Assembly (NCBI RefSeq): GCF_006345805.1
Contig: NW_021833045.1
Coordinates: 21,300-85,299, forward strand
DNA from: Octopus sinensis
Lineage: Eukaryota
Length of the DNA: 64,000 nt
Direction of reading: 5' to 3'
Shown one piece after another: positions 12,741 to 25,834 of this stretch. Both the position numbers and the translations under genes were made by a program. Each line of letters opens with the position of its first letter. The first letter of the stretch is position 1. The notes beneath the pieces are model-generated. The model had not been told where the DNA came from. It worked only from the letters and a program-made list of their open reading frames with translations, and made no database searches.

Positions 12741-13823
12741 ATTTAAATCCACCGACGGTTTCCTATCGGAAACAAAGTTTATTACTATAAAGTAACGTTA
12801 TGGCGAATATGCGGGGGAAAGAGAGAAAAAGAGAGAAGGAGAGTAAGAGAGAGAGAGAAAAAGAGAGAGAGAGAGAGAAAGAGAGAGAGGATAAAGTCAG
12901 TGATGCTATCATCTCTTTAATACTTTTAATTGATCACAGTCAAATACTCATTAACATTGCATACGAGCATTTAATGTCAATTCGCAATAATGCCACTTTT
13001 GCTGGTTATTGAACGTTATGTAATTAAATAGAATATGAAATATTTATTAAAATTTTAAAAGAAGCTGCCACCGCGTCTGTTCCATGCTCGAAGCTTTTAA
13101 TTCACGCTTTCAGAATATTTTATATATCTTATCTGTCTGTCTGTCTGTATATCTGTCCGTTTGTCTATCCTCATCTATCCATTCATCATCATCATCATCA
13201 TTATAGTCTCCATGATTATCATCAGCAGCAGCAGGAGCATCATTATCATCGTCGTCGTCATCATCATCATCATTTTCATCATCATCATCATCATCATCAT
13301 CATAGTCTTGATCATCTCCGTTACTGTTGTTGATGGTGTCCTTATCATCATCATCGTTGACGGTGTCTGCGTCATCGCCAGCGTCGCCATCATCTTTGTC
13401 GTCGACGTCGAGGGCGTCACCGTCGTTGTTTTAGTATGTCTCTTTTCCATGCTTGCATAGGTTAAACGGGATGCGTTAAGGAAACCTGAACAGATTTATC
13501 TACAGCCGGATGCTTTTTCTGCCGCCAATCTTTAATCTTCCGAATATACAAACAAGGTAATATTACTCTTTGATTTGCCAAGTTTTGACGGAAGTTTTGA
13601 AACAAACACGAGTTTGACAGTGACATTCGTTTACAGCTATCACTTAATTTCAAGACAAGGAGACGCAAACACACGCATACACATCTGCACACGCAACACA
13701 CACACACACATATATATATGTGTATTTTTTTCTAGTTTCAGCATGCATATACATATATATATATACATACATACATACGTGCATAAATACATACATACAT
13801 ACATACATACATACATACATACA

Positions 13824-13854
<31 letters not shown>

Positions 13855-14454
13855 GTTAAATAAAATGAGACAACAAAGCCAAAACAGTGTGAAATTTCTA
13901 GTACATTTTATAAAAAGAAATCTAGTCTTACACCTGTTTCAGGGATATAAAAGATATCCGATCATCAGAGACGATATGAGAGAGCTAAATAGAAGAAAAC
14001 AGCAGAATTCAATATGAGACTTTATTTTGGAAAGGGAGAGATATCGAAAGTCTAAAGGGACATAGGAGAATATATATGTCGGATGTTAAACTTGCTCTTC
14101 CATTATCCAAAGAATATACATATGGGTGCGTGTAATATATATTTGTGTGTAATACATATATATGTATATATATTTTCAAAATGTGACCGCGTGTGTACCG
14201 TTTGCGATCTTTTCCTCTGTCTTTCCTTCTCTCGATCTTTCCTTCTCCTATGTTTCCGACGAAGAGCTCCGCTCGAAACGTTAATCCCTCCTTCATTCCT
14301 TCTTTCCTGAACGTCCAATAATACTATATTTGTTCCACGTCCTCGCGTTGTTGTGTTTTTTTGTGCTTTCTTGTTTGGATTAACTATATGTATACATATA
14401 TATATACACACACTCATATACACACACATACACACACACACACGCAGATATATA

Positions 14455-14860
14455 GGCGTAGGTGTGGCTGTGTGGTAAGTAGCTTACTTACCAACCACAT
14501 GGTTCCGGGTTCAGTCCCACTGCGTGGCACCTTGGGCAAGTGTCTTCTGCTATAGCCTCGGGCCGACCAAAGCCTTGCGAGTGGATTTGGTAGACGGAAA
14601 CTGAAAGAAGCCCGTCGTATATATATATATGTGTGTGTGTGTATGTATGTTTGTGTGTCTGTGTTTGTCCCCCCAACATCGCTTGACAACCGATGCTGGT
14701 GTGTTTACGTCTCCGTAACTTAGCGGTTCGGCAAAAGAGACCGATAGAATAAGTACTAGGCTTACAAAGAATAAGTCCTGGGGTCGATTTGCTCGACTAA
14801 AGGCGGTGCTCCAGCATGGCCACAGTCAAATGACTGAAACAAGTAAAAGATAAAAGATAT
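14455..14860 (+). mobile_element. SINE family B (tRNA head + CORE-like domain; possibly octopus OR-type), full length
   Basis: Head gtggctgtgtggtaagtagcttacttaccaaccacatggttccgggttcagtccc; CORE-like ggcaccttgggcaagtgtcttc; internal (TA)/(TG) repeat; tail gactgaaacaagtaaaag. Confidence 0.9.
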
Positions 14861-14861
14861 A

Positions 14862-15190
14862 TATTGGGTCACCCCATAAATAATAAAAGAAGTTTTTTTA
14901 TACTTTTTTTTCAAAATTAAGATAAACAAAGTTCTTTTTTAATTTAAAATATACTCTCATTTTCTACAATGCACTTCCATCTATCTGGTAGATTTACAAG
15001 GCCCCTCTTCCAGAATTCACTATTCCGTGATGAAAAATACTCCTCGAATACTATTCTAACCTCCTCTGCAGAGTTCATATTTTTACCGTCCAAATTAGTT
15101 TGAAGACTGCGGAATAAATGATAATCAGATGGAGCAATATCCGGCGAATGTGGTGGGTGGGCATCGTTTCCTATTCAAATTGCTCTGCCT
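14862..15190 (-). pseudogene. Mariner transposase C-terminal relic with one TIR
   Basis: Minus-strand translation HPPHSPDIAPSDYHLFRSLQTNLDGKNMNSAEEVRIVFEEYFSSRNSEFWKRGLVNLPDRWKCIVENE contains the mariner YSPDLAPSD-type motif; TIR-like tattgggtcacccc at ~14862. Confidence 0.85.
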
Positions 15191-16112
15191 TTGGAATCCA
15201 TGTATATATAATGTAATTCATAATATATATATATATATATAATATATATTATATATATATAAATAGATGAGTGTTTTTTACCTTGTACTAACAAAACACG
15301 GAAAAAATAAATAAATAGTTACCAGGGCAAGCAAAAATCTCACAAGTAAAGGTGTTGTAACTCCTTCTTTATAAAGGTAGAAACTTCGTGTTTACGTTGA
15401 ATATTTTGAATAATATGAATTAAAAAATGGAGTTAACGCAGGTGTAATCAAATATTTTTACTTTCGACACATGTTTCGAAAACTGATACTATTCAAAAGA
15501 ATAAATGGTATAAACAATGCAATCTTCTCCTCAAAAACGCAATAGAGGACAATAAAACGTTTGGACAGATAGACGACACAAAGGCAGACAAGGGAAAAAA
15601 TACAATTAGAAGGTCAAGCAAAAAAAGACGGGTCATTCTTGGCTTTCTTTGATCAGTCAAATACCAGAAGTCACGACCATTTCGGACAGTTACACTTGAG
15701 ATGGTTCGATCTGGTTGTCCCCAAAATAGTCTAAGCTAAGAGCATTAGACTCCTTTGTAAGAAAGCTAGTGAATGTGTACGGCAATAAAGACGAAAAAAA
15801 AAACTGAAGACAAAAACCGGAGAACAATTGCGAATACACCAACAAGAAATAACAACACTCAGGAGGCATTGGTTTGGTCGGCCAGACACACAGAAATCTA
15901 CGCAGTGGAACTGAACCCCAGCTTGATCGCATAGTTATACCTGCACCTATCTATCTATATATCTATCTATCCGCATTTCTCTTTAAAAGAAAGCGAAATA
16001 ACAGTTTAATCTATGGTCTGGAGTAAACATTAATGGAAGAACCATTTTTCCAACACTATTTAGTGAGAGCAAACGCTGTAGAATACAAATGTATATTGAA
16101 AAAGAATAATAT

Positions 16113-16146
<34 letters not shown>

Positions 16147-16424
16147 GGTCCGCTTCGAAAGAGACTTATCAGTGAGCAAGAACTATTGGTATCCATCCTC
16201 CAAAATGTCCATTACAATGTAATTATGACAATTTGGTTTCGGATAAAAATCAATATTCTTCCCTATTAAGAATCAATAAACGAATATGAAAGAATGAATA
16301 TTCAATATATGGCAAAAGAAAAATAGAGAGAATCGATACGACTAAGACACTGGCAAACTATTTTTCTGTAATCGATTGCAACAGAATGGTTGGTGATATG
16401 ATAAATGTCTGCCCCTAAATCGAT

Positions 16425-16755
16425 ACTGATGATGATGATGATGATGATGATGGTGATGATGGTGGTGGTGGTGGTGGTGGTGGTGGTGGTGGTGGTGGTG
16501 GTGGTGGTGGTGGCGTTGGCGGCGGCGGCGATAATGATGATGGCGATGATGATGATGATGGTGGTGATGAGGATGACGACGACGACGACGACGACGACGA
16601 CGATGATGATGATTACGAGAATAATAATAATACCTAAAAATATCAACTTCTTCAGAAATAATAACTATAACAATGATGATGATGATGATGGTGCTTACGA
16701 CGATGATGATGAAAATGATGATGATGACGACGACGATGACGACGACTACGACGAC

Positions 16756-16794
<39 letters not shown>

Positions 16795-16852
16795 AATGAT
16801 GATAAAATTGAAATAATAATATTAGTAATGATAATAGTTCATAATAATAATA
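16425..16852. repeat. (GAT)n(GGT)n(GAC)n(AAT)n compound trinucleotide tract
   Basis: Directly visible. Confidence 0.95.
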
Positions 16853-17063
16853 ATGGTTTCAAATTTTGCCACAAGGCCAGCAATTTTGGGCGAAGGGATG
16901 AGTCGATTATTTCAACCCGATTGTTCTACTGGTACTTATTTTATCAAGCCGAAAGGCTGAAAGGCAAAGTCGACATCGGTGGAATTTGAACTCAGAACGG
17001 AGCGACGGGCGAAATGCCGCTAAGCATTTCGCCCGGCTTGCTAACGATTGTACGAATTTGTCA

Positions 17064-17068
<5 letters not shown>
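16853..17068 (-). mobile_element. SINE-A2 between AAT-rich repeats
   Basis: Reverse-complement SINE-A body with tail aaattttgccacaaggcc. Confidence 0.85.
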
Positions 17069-17116
<48 letters not shown>

Positions 17117-17134
17117 TATAATAATAATAATAAT

Positions 17135-17747
17135 ACGTACGCAATGTACGCCACTAGCCCAGAAGGAATATAAGAAACCCCACAATATAGCCAGGCTTGT
17201 CCTTGGACACTTTGCAACAAGTATGGATTTAACAGTGCAAAAAATTGGTACGACCAGCAACCTGATGGCATCGTCGAAAATAGAAGTACAAAGATCCTAT
17301 GGTATTTTATGATTCAGTGCGACTATGAGATAGAGAAAAGTAAGCCGGACAGAGTCTTGAGAAAGAAAACAAACTATGCTGGATCATAGATATACTATGC
17401 CCAGCTGACAACAAGGTATACGATAAGGAAGAAAGAAAATTCGATAGCTATGACATGTTAGCTTGGGAGTTTAAGCAGTTGTGGTCGATGAAAAAGGTAT
17501 CAGTAGTACCAATAATTGTCGGAGCCCTGGGGACAGTGAGCAAAAATCTCGAGAAGTACGTGGAACATTTAGGGGCTGCAATAAGGTTGGAGCACTTATA
17601 GAAAACAGCACTGCTTGGAACCGCTCGGAAGGTGCTAAAAAATATAAGGTGTTACCTTAGTTCACTGATACTGAACAGCTGACACTGTAGTACATCTCTT
17701 GCGTTAGAAGCTGTGCAAAGGCAATAAATAATACTAATAATAATAAT
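17135..17747 (+). mobile_element. 5'-truncated R4/Dong-like non-LTR retrotransposon (restriction-like endonuclease region + 3'UTR)
   Basis: Frameshifted translation CTPLAQKEYKKPHNIARLV/WTLCNKYGFNSAKNWY...ILWYFMIQCDYEIEKSKPD.../LCWIIDILCPADNK...VVPIIVGALGTVSKNLEKY...KTALLGTARKVL. This matches the end of the CCHC motif plus a PD-(D/E)xK RLE; it ends in (AAT)n. Confidence 0.85.
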
Positions 17748-17875
17748 TTGCTCGACTAAAAGCGATGTTCCAGCATGGCCGCAGTCAAATGACTGAAACA
17801 AGTAAAAGAATAAAATAAAAAAAGAATAGTGATGTTAGTAGTGCTGATAGTGTAATAACAATAACAGTAATTAAC

Positions 17876-17990
17876 AAGAAGAAGAAGAAGAAGAAGAAGA
17901 AGAAGAAGAAGAAGAAGAAGAAGAAGAAGAAGAAGAAGAAGAAGAAGAAGAAGAAGAAGAAGAAGAAGAAGAAGAAGGAGGAGGAGGAGG
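17876..17990. repeat. (GAA)n microsatellite
   Basis: About 33 perfect GAA units followed by GGA. Confidence 0.95.
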
Positions 17991-19997
17991 TCAATAGAAA
18001 TAATAATAATGAGTATAGTGACGATGGTGATGGTGATAATGACAATAACAGTGAAATAATAGTAACGAAAATAAGGTTTTATAATAACAACAACACGAAT
18101 AACAATAGGTGATAAATGTTAATTAGTCGATAACAGTAGAACGGTGAGTATCCTATTAAATATTATTGAATCAAGGCAAATAGCATTTTGGCTATTAATT
18201 ACCAAGTGATCAATAACGATTGAATATTTGTTAATAAATGTCAACCGATCGATAGTGAAATTAGCTCACAATTAAACATCAAATTCACAGTTTAACAAGC
18301 AGACGTTAGTTAGCAGGGATTAGAAGCCTCTGTTTGCAATTAAACTTTTCTTCATATTCTTCATGTTGTTACATTACGTTCAATGTTTTTTGTTGATGTC
18401 TTCTTCAGAAAACTAAACCGAAGTACTTACCAATGAAGCAGCTCAACTGTCATGAAATTGGTTTGAGATTTTGGCACAAACAGAAGGGGACTAGTCGATT
18501 ACATGAATCTTAATTTTTTATCGACCCCCGAAAGGATGAAAGGCAAAGGCGACCTCGACAGAATTTGAGCACAAGACGTAAAGACGGACAAAATGCTAGC
18601 ATTTTGTCCGGCGTACAAACGGTTCGGCCAGCTCGCCTCCCTCAGCTCTTATGAAACTGATCGACCTAAAATCGGGTTGTCAGATGAATTGTTTTTTTGT
18701 TTTTTTTCTTTTGGGCGTGGAGGGTCATTTATTTGAATCTGTTTGATGTTATTTTAATTAACATGAAATGTATTTTTAACATAGTATTTAATGGTTTTTA
18801 CTGGGATTTTTGTAGTTCTATCTTTCTCTCTATAACTCTTGTTTATCTTTTTTACTATCTGAATACATTTTATCGCTTTCCATGCATATAATGATGGAGC
18901 GCCAAGTAGAAACCCACTACAAACACCAGTCAAACTACGATCCAACCAAGGAACATCTATGTGATTGCATGATTTCTAGAAATAGCAATGAAATTCATCA
19001 AAAGATCATACTCTAGAGTAGAGGTCGGCAAAGGGATAAATTTTTTCCTCGGAAGGTGGGGGTCTATGGGAATGTCCAAGGGGATGATAAGCATCTGAAA
19101 AGATTTTGAGCATTATGGAGCTGAATTTATAAATAAGATGTGTCTCAATTTTTATTGTTCTTTGTAAGTTATATTGTTCGTTGTGTATTTTCATTAAATT
19201 TCTTCAAATATTTCTTATTAAAAAGCAGTGATGACACAAAATATCGAAGAAATTCTTGTTTTAAAATCGAGAAATTTTTTTATTAATTATACATTTAATC
19301 TTATTTTAGAAATTTACACGATAGGGGTCTGTAAGTTTTCGATGATTTTACGAGCTGTCAATGTTTTTGATTGTTTCAGACATAAACATGAACATTTGAG
19401 ATAATGCAGTCTGAGAGACGTTTCGACTTGGAAAATAGCAAATGAGAGTCACAGTTTGAAGGTCGTTGTTCATTGGTCTATTTGATCAAGCCTGAGCTGA
19501 TGTTAAACAACTATAAGAACATCATCAGCCAACGAAATAACTTTCATGTCAGGGCTTGCTATCCTCGTAAGAAGCAGGACTCATTTGATAATGTCTGAAG
19601 AATGAGAAAAAAGGGAAAAATCTTCCAGAATGTTCTTGATCACAGATTAGCTCGATCTAGAATGGCTCAGTGTTAAACAATAGCAACAACTAGAAAAAGA
19701 ACATTTATGTAAGGACAATATAAGATAATAAAATCTATATCCCTGTAAAAAAAAAAGGGGGGTTTGTCGCGGTTGAAAATGTTTTTAAGTTGATCATAGG
19801 TTTGATTAAATAAGTACTGAGCTGAGACTGAACAACAATATAGACCTAAGAAAATAATATTATCCCTCCCCACTTTCTCCCTAAATGTTAAAATTAACGT
19901 AGGCTAGAAATTTCTTATATATAAGCATTTCCCAGTAAACCATAATTGCGGAAAAAATTTTTATAGACGCCTGATTAAAAGATTAAAATTCATACAG

Positions 19998-20184
19998 CTG
20001 CTACCCCAATATGACGAACATTATCACTCGTAAACGTCGCCAAGAGTCCACTCCTAGTTTGAACTCTCGGAACCCTGAATTTTGCCCAATTGACCAGGCG
20101 TATATGATAGACTCTGTCGTTTATGAGACAGAAGATGAAGTGTCTGAAAAAAAACTACATCCGTTTATGCGAAGGCAATTTTAG
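19998..20184 (+). CDS. Possible terminal coding exon (CYPNMTNIITRKRRQESTPSLNSRNPEFCPIDQAYMIDSVVYETEDEVSEKKLHPFMRRQF*)
   Basis: Acceptor catacag|; about 61 open codons in unique sequence; no family recognised. Confidence 0.25.
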
Positions 20185-20539
20185 ATGACGTCATGCAAAC
20201 ACCAGTTTTCTTTCCGGCACATCAACAAAAGAAAAGCCACTAAATTGGCTAGCGACGTATGGGGTTTGAGGACCAACTGAATACCACATTCAATCAAGTG
20301 GCAAATCGTGGATATATCCTTACTATATGTAAACAGATCTAATAAATGCAACTGATGCGCAGCTGAAAGATCGCACATTCTCACACACGCGCACCTTCTC
20401 TTGGTATCACCAACACTATTATCTCCCTTTCTTTCAAACTTTTTTCCAATCATTCGCCATGCTAGACCGCTGAAATCTACAAGTTTTTTTTGTATTCTCT
20501 CTCTCTCTCTCTCTCTCTCTCTATTTATTTATTTATTTT

Positions 20540-20670
20540 CACTAATTCCTTTCTGTTGAAGAGCGGAGGCACGAAATGTAAAAGATTTTCACTTACATGA
20601 GCGTCAAACTAATACACTTCTTTGTTGCTCATACACCTGTCTTCGTCTTTGGTTTTCCTATAAATTTCAA
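20540..20670 (+). mobile_element. Probable Penelope-like terminal-repeat fragment
   Basis: ttgaagagcggaggcacgaaatg resembles the hammerhead-bearing ends of PLE pLTRs. This is recognised by recollection, not by alignment. Confidence 0.35.
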
Positions 20671-20700
20671 ATATCTACATACATATACACACACACACAC

Positions 20701-20752
<52 letters not shown>

Positions 20753-21004
20753 CCTTACATGTAATGTTTTTCTAATTTTGTCAAATATTTCCCCGATGAA
20801 ATTCATACCCATAAATATGAATATTTTATATATTCATTATTGGGTATGAATCGAAACAATTCGTAGGATTAATATTTGTATTCCTATTCATATTATATTA
20901 TATTACATTATATTATATTTATTGTAATATAATATTATGCTAATAAATTATATTTAAGATATTTCTATCGTAAATCCACATTTTCTTAACTTTTGTGTGT
21001 GTGA

Positions 21005-21042
<38 letters not shown>

Positions 21043-21699
21043 CTTGTCTCCATGGCACTCTCTTCTCTCACCTATCCTCTATCCACTACACTTTATTTTT
21101 TCTTCTATATTGTCTCCCTCTCTCTCTTCGACTCTCTTTCACACTCTTCCGCCTTCCTTCCCTCTTATTTCCAGCAAAATCATTTTTTTTTATAACGTTT
21201 ATTATCCTGTGTTCAGCTGCATTCGCTTTACTATTCCCGTTCATACATTCTCTCTTCACACTACATGTATGTGTTTGTGTGTGTGGCGCACATGCGCACA
21301 TATATACTTTCGCACTTCTGTCGGCTCTTAACTCTTTATTCTATACTCTTCTCATCTTCACAAAGCTCACGCAAGCCACACTTTCACACATATCCACACA
21401 AAGTGCACAGAGAGACGGGGAGATCAAACCTGCACGCAAACACGTCACTAGCTTAAAAGAAATTTCATTCAACCTCCATACATTCAAACATATTCAAATG
21501 CATGTGTGAATACATAAGGGAATTTCTTTGTGCAAGTGCATACCTGTATACGTATGTGTATGTCTGTATATTTTTATATATGTATCCGAGTGCATGTACA
21601 AATGTTTGCTACACAATCAAGAGATCCTGAGTTCGATACTACCGCATGGCTTTTTGGGAAATTGTGATTTTTTTTTTGTTATTGCTTTTATTTTTACGA

Positions 21700-22140
21700 A
21701 AGCACAGGCATAATTGTGTGGTATAGAAGCTCGCTTTGCGAAGCACATGGTTTCAGATTCAGTCCCACTGCGTAGCACCTTAGGTAATTGTTCTGGGTCG
21801 ACCAATGCCATGTGAGCGAACCTGGTAGACAAAAGGTCTGTGTGGAAGCCCGTCCTATACATGTATGTACATGTGTGTGAGTGTGTGTGCATGTGTGTGT
21901 CTGTGTGTTTGCATATGTGTTTGCATGTGTGTGTGTGTTTGTTTGTCGTCCCACTGCTTCATATCCGATTTTGATTTGTTCAAGTTTCCGTGACGTAGCA
22001 ATTCCATACAAGAGACCCATAAAATAAATACCAGAATTTAAAATGCAACATAAGTCCCTGGGTGGGGTGATTAGTAAAATTAAATCTTGCAAGGTGGTGT
22101 CCCGGCATGACCGCAGTCAAGGACTGAATCAAACGAACGA
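21700..22140 (+). mobile_element. Degenerate SINE-B
   Basis: cacatggtttcagattcagtcccactgcgtagcacct...gtcccggcatgaccgcagtcaaggactgaa. Confidence 0.75.
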
Positions 22141-22481
22141 TAATAGATAAACAGAAAAAAGTACCTCAGACCGACTGAAACCTTGTAAATAAAACAAGGC
22201 AACCGAAAACTGTGCGGAAGCCCGTCAGTTAGACTTCGGCTCTAAATTAAAGGGTTGACTTTATCCTATAATGTGTCATGCTCATTGTTCGGGATTATTA
22301 CGTGAAGATAACACAAGTCTGAGGAATACTCAGTCAGTTACGTTTTAATTCAATGTGTAGATAACTCAGGTGATCGAACCGAAAATATATTTGTATAAAT
22401 GTGTGCGCATGTTTACATGTCTTTATTTCTCTGTGAGTGTGTGTGTGTGTGTGTAGATGGATATATATGTGTGTGTAGATG

Positions 22482-22534
<53 letters not shown>

Positions 22535-22567
22535 TTAAATACATATATACATATACACACACACACA

Positions 22568-22800
22568 CAGAAATACCTCAACTATCGCGTGTGTTACGTT
22601 CCAAATCACCCACCCCTGCGATAGGTGAAGATCCGTGAAGTAGAAATAGTACTGTAGTATGTATTTCTTTAATCTTTTTATAATTTGTATATATTTAATT
22701 TTTTTAAATGCAAAACAACACCACGGAGGAATCGATGTAAGCTTAAATAATAAACCGCGATAGCTGAACCGCGATATGTGAGTGCGTGTGTGTGTGTGTC
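22568..22800. mobile_element. pogo/Tigger-like MITE relic
   Basis: Left cag..tacctcaactatcgcg; right aaccgcgatagctgaaccgcgatatg-gag. These are imperfect inverted termini with subterminal ccgcgata repeats. Confidence 0.5.
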
Positions 22801-23014
22801 TACTGTTGTGTCTGGGGAGAACCATTCTCTTTTGGTACCTTATAATTTAACACACTCACTGGTAAAATTTCCACGTATTTTTTTTTAGTTTTTCTAAAAC
22901 TTTCGTTGTCTTGCAACCTTTTCAATAGTTTTGACTCTGTCTGTTACTCACACTGCGTTCCTTTTTGGTTTTTTTTGTACGCATGTGTGTGGATCAGTGT
23001 GTGTGTGTGTGTGT

Positions 23015-23050
<36 letters not shown>

Positions 23051-23180
23051 GTGTGTGTATGTTTGTGTGTGTGTATGTTTGTGTGTGCCTATACATGCAT
23101 GAATGTATGTATGCATGTATGTGTGCGTACATATGTATCTATTTATGTGTGTACATTTGTATGTATGTATTCTGCACACT
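22801..23180. repeat. Family F dispersed repeat (reverse complement of ~34880-35225; related to 25870-26000)
   Basis: gtctggggag...ccttataatttaacacactcactggtaaaatttccac...gactctgtctgttactcacactgcgttcctttt matches the reverse complement of 35030-35225. Confidence 0.8.
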
Positions 23181-25267
23181 TAAGTTTAAAGATTTAGTTA
23201 ACAGAATATATTTGATATTTCATGTTTTTATTTAAGATATATTGTTGAATTTTGTTCGATTTTTTATTGAGAAGTTACGTATTTTTATATATATTTAAAT
23301 TTTCTTATAAGATAATATACGTACATTTAATTAATTATTTTATTGTTTTTATCTTGGACCTGATAAGTGACTATATTTAAACTGAATTGATTTTACTGCT
23401 ATAAGTTTGAAAATATAGCCACGAAACACGTGTAGTCTATTTACTAATTATATACTATTTATTATTTCGTGCTTTATTTAGTTCTAGGTAAATGTTTTAC
23501 CGTATCTTTAATTTTTTTATATATGGTATGATTTAATTATATCATAGTTGAATTGCTACATGGTGGTTCTTCTCTAATTTATATATATATATATATATAT
23601 CAAGCTGACCTTGGTGGAAATTGCAGAACATGAAGTGGGACAGAATGCCACTAAGTATTATGTCCTTCGTCTTAACGTGTCTGCCAGCTGGCCGTCTTAG
23701 CACTAATAAATATATTCATTCATACAAATATCTTTACACTGAATAAGCGCTAAAATATATCCGCACATACTAATGTATTCTCATATATTAATATATTCAC
23801 GCATTCTAATATATTTAGGATACTAATATATTCATACATGCTAATATATTCACACGTACTAATGATATTCACATATTCTAATATATTCAAACATTCTTAA
23901 ATATTCACACACACACACACACATACACACACACATACACACACACTGATATATTCACATGGAATGAGGAATCTTCATACCCATTACAATACATCTATGA
24001 ACATAATTTTACACATGCTTCCTCCTATGAATTGCTACTTCCGATCCTGATGCATTATGGTACAGTTTAGCCAAGGACTAACAGCCAGTCATTTGCAACA
24101 AACCTCGATGTTTATTCTTGTGCTTCCTATACACGTGTTAAGTATTTTATACGAATGAGATGTTGTAACGATGAATAATAGTCGAGAATCAATGGTTTTA
24201 TTCGGTTAAAACGTTCAGCTTCTGTATACGAAGTGCTTCAATAAAAAAAACATCAACATTCATAGGAGATATAATCTCTCTGAAGACTGAACTCCATAGG
24301 AAATCGTTCAAATTCTGATTCCACCGAAAACAATCTCATTGGTCGACTCGTTTAAATAATCTGTTTAAAGCAATCCGTCTAAGTTCAATAATGGGTGTCC
24401 CATCCATAATTACCATTGTATTATGCTTAGAAATAGGTCGTAACAAATATGTGAGCGGGATCAATCAATTTACTAAACTGGAGTTTACGACATTAACACT
24501 CGAATTTATTTGTGGCTCAACAATGATCTAGAAAACATCGTAAAGACTAAGTCTTTAGAGCAATAATATATATTACGAAAGGCCATCTCCGGTTCAGTTG
24601 CATTGTGGTATATTTTCACTGAAGTCTAACAGTTAACTATTTGCAATAAATATGACTGATCACATTTGTGCTTCGTATTCTGCAGCTGGTTGTTTTAGTC
24701 GGATTAAACAAATACTTTTTGACTACTGTTATTAATCCAATACAATCATATCGCTGTGTATTATACTAAATATAGAGGCACCACTGAAAGTCATGATGCT
24801 ACGGTTCTTGTCTGGAAAAAAAATTTATTCATAAATATGTTGTGTTAAAAGTACAGTAAGTATTGAAACGAGGCAGACATCACCGAGTTTTTTTACAGCC
24901 CGGCAAGCTTTACGCAATTAACGATTATTACTCACTATTTCTTATATATCGAAACATGAATTTCTTCTAAGGAGATGGTAAGCGAGGCACAGCACTGAAC
25001 CAACACTCACCCACCCCTAATGACCAAAAACCGTCTGCCGTTCATTTAAATCACTGCTGCGATGTTCCTCACACTCTGATAACATTGTATTTTTAACAGA
25101 TGTCGATGAACAGGTTTTATCTCGGACGATTCCATAGCATCATGCCTTCAAGCGATGTATATACATATCATATTATACATATATGGCGATTCTAATTTAA
25201 CGCCGTTCGAATTGCGTTTAACGAAATCATATATGTATGTATGTACATAAGTAAACCGATAAAGTGA

Positions 25268-25834
25268 TAGTGGGTATCCGAAAAGTTCGTGCCGATTTAT
25301 AGTAGCTTACATTTCGACTCTTTTTAGAACATGGTTGAGTCCATAAAATAGGATTTGACTACACCTCCATTTAGCACAGTTTAAGCTATCTTTTCGTGGA
25401 AGAATGTTTATGTTCCTATAACCTGTGTTAATTTTGAAACCCTTTAAAATGGAAGACAAGAAAGTTCATTTTCGGCATTTGATGCTTTGGGAACCAGACA
25501 AAAATTGCTGCAGCTCGGCTGAGATGTGTTACCCCACCCTCCATATTCACCAGATATTGCTCCTTTGGATTTCCAATTATTCAGGTCTCTGCAGAATAGT
25601 CTTAATGATAAAAATTTCAATTCCTTGGATGACGTAAAAAGATACCTTGATGAATTCTTTGCCATGAAACCACCTCAGTTCTGGGAAGAGGGTATTTTCA
25701 AGTTAAAGGAAAGATGGAGACGCATTGTGCAACAAAATGGTTCATATTTAGTAGATTAAAAATGTAATGGCAAGTATTTATTGACCGTTTTCTTTCCTTT
25801 ATAAACTGGCACGAACTTTCCGGACAACCCAATA
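25268..25834 (+). mobile_element. Internally deleted mariner element with both TIRs and TA target duplication
   Basis: TIRs ta-gtgggtatccgaaaagttcgtgcc / ggcacgaactttccggacaacccaa-ta. N-terminal MEDKKVHFRHLMLW is fused to C-terminal QKLLQLG*DVLPHPPYSPDIAPLDFQLFRSLQNSL...WRRIVQQNGSYLVD*. Confidence 0.92.

Noticed and set aside
13941-14015. Possible exon GYKRYPIIRDDMRELNRRKQQNSI* after cctgtttcag
   Set aside because: It is short and isolated, with no compatible upstream exon identified.
16405-16989. 194-aa ORF with poly-M/V/T/D
   Set aside because: It spans a compound trinucleotide tract and a SINE; it is an artefact.
23950-25200. 1.2 kb of repeat-poor sequence examined for exons or an old TE
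   Set aside because: All frames I tried were interrupted by stops, with no recognisable motif.
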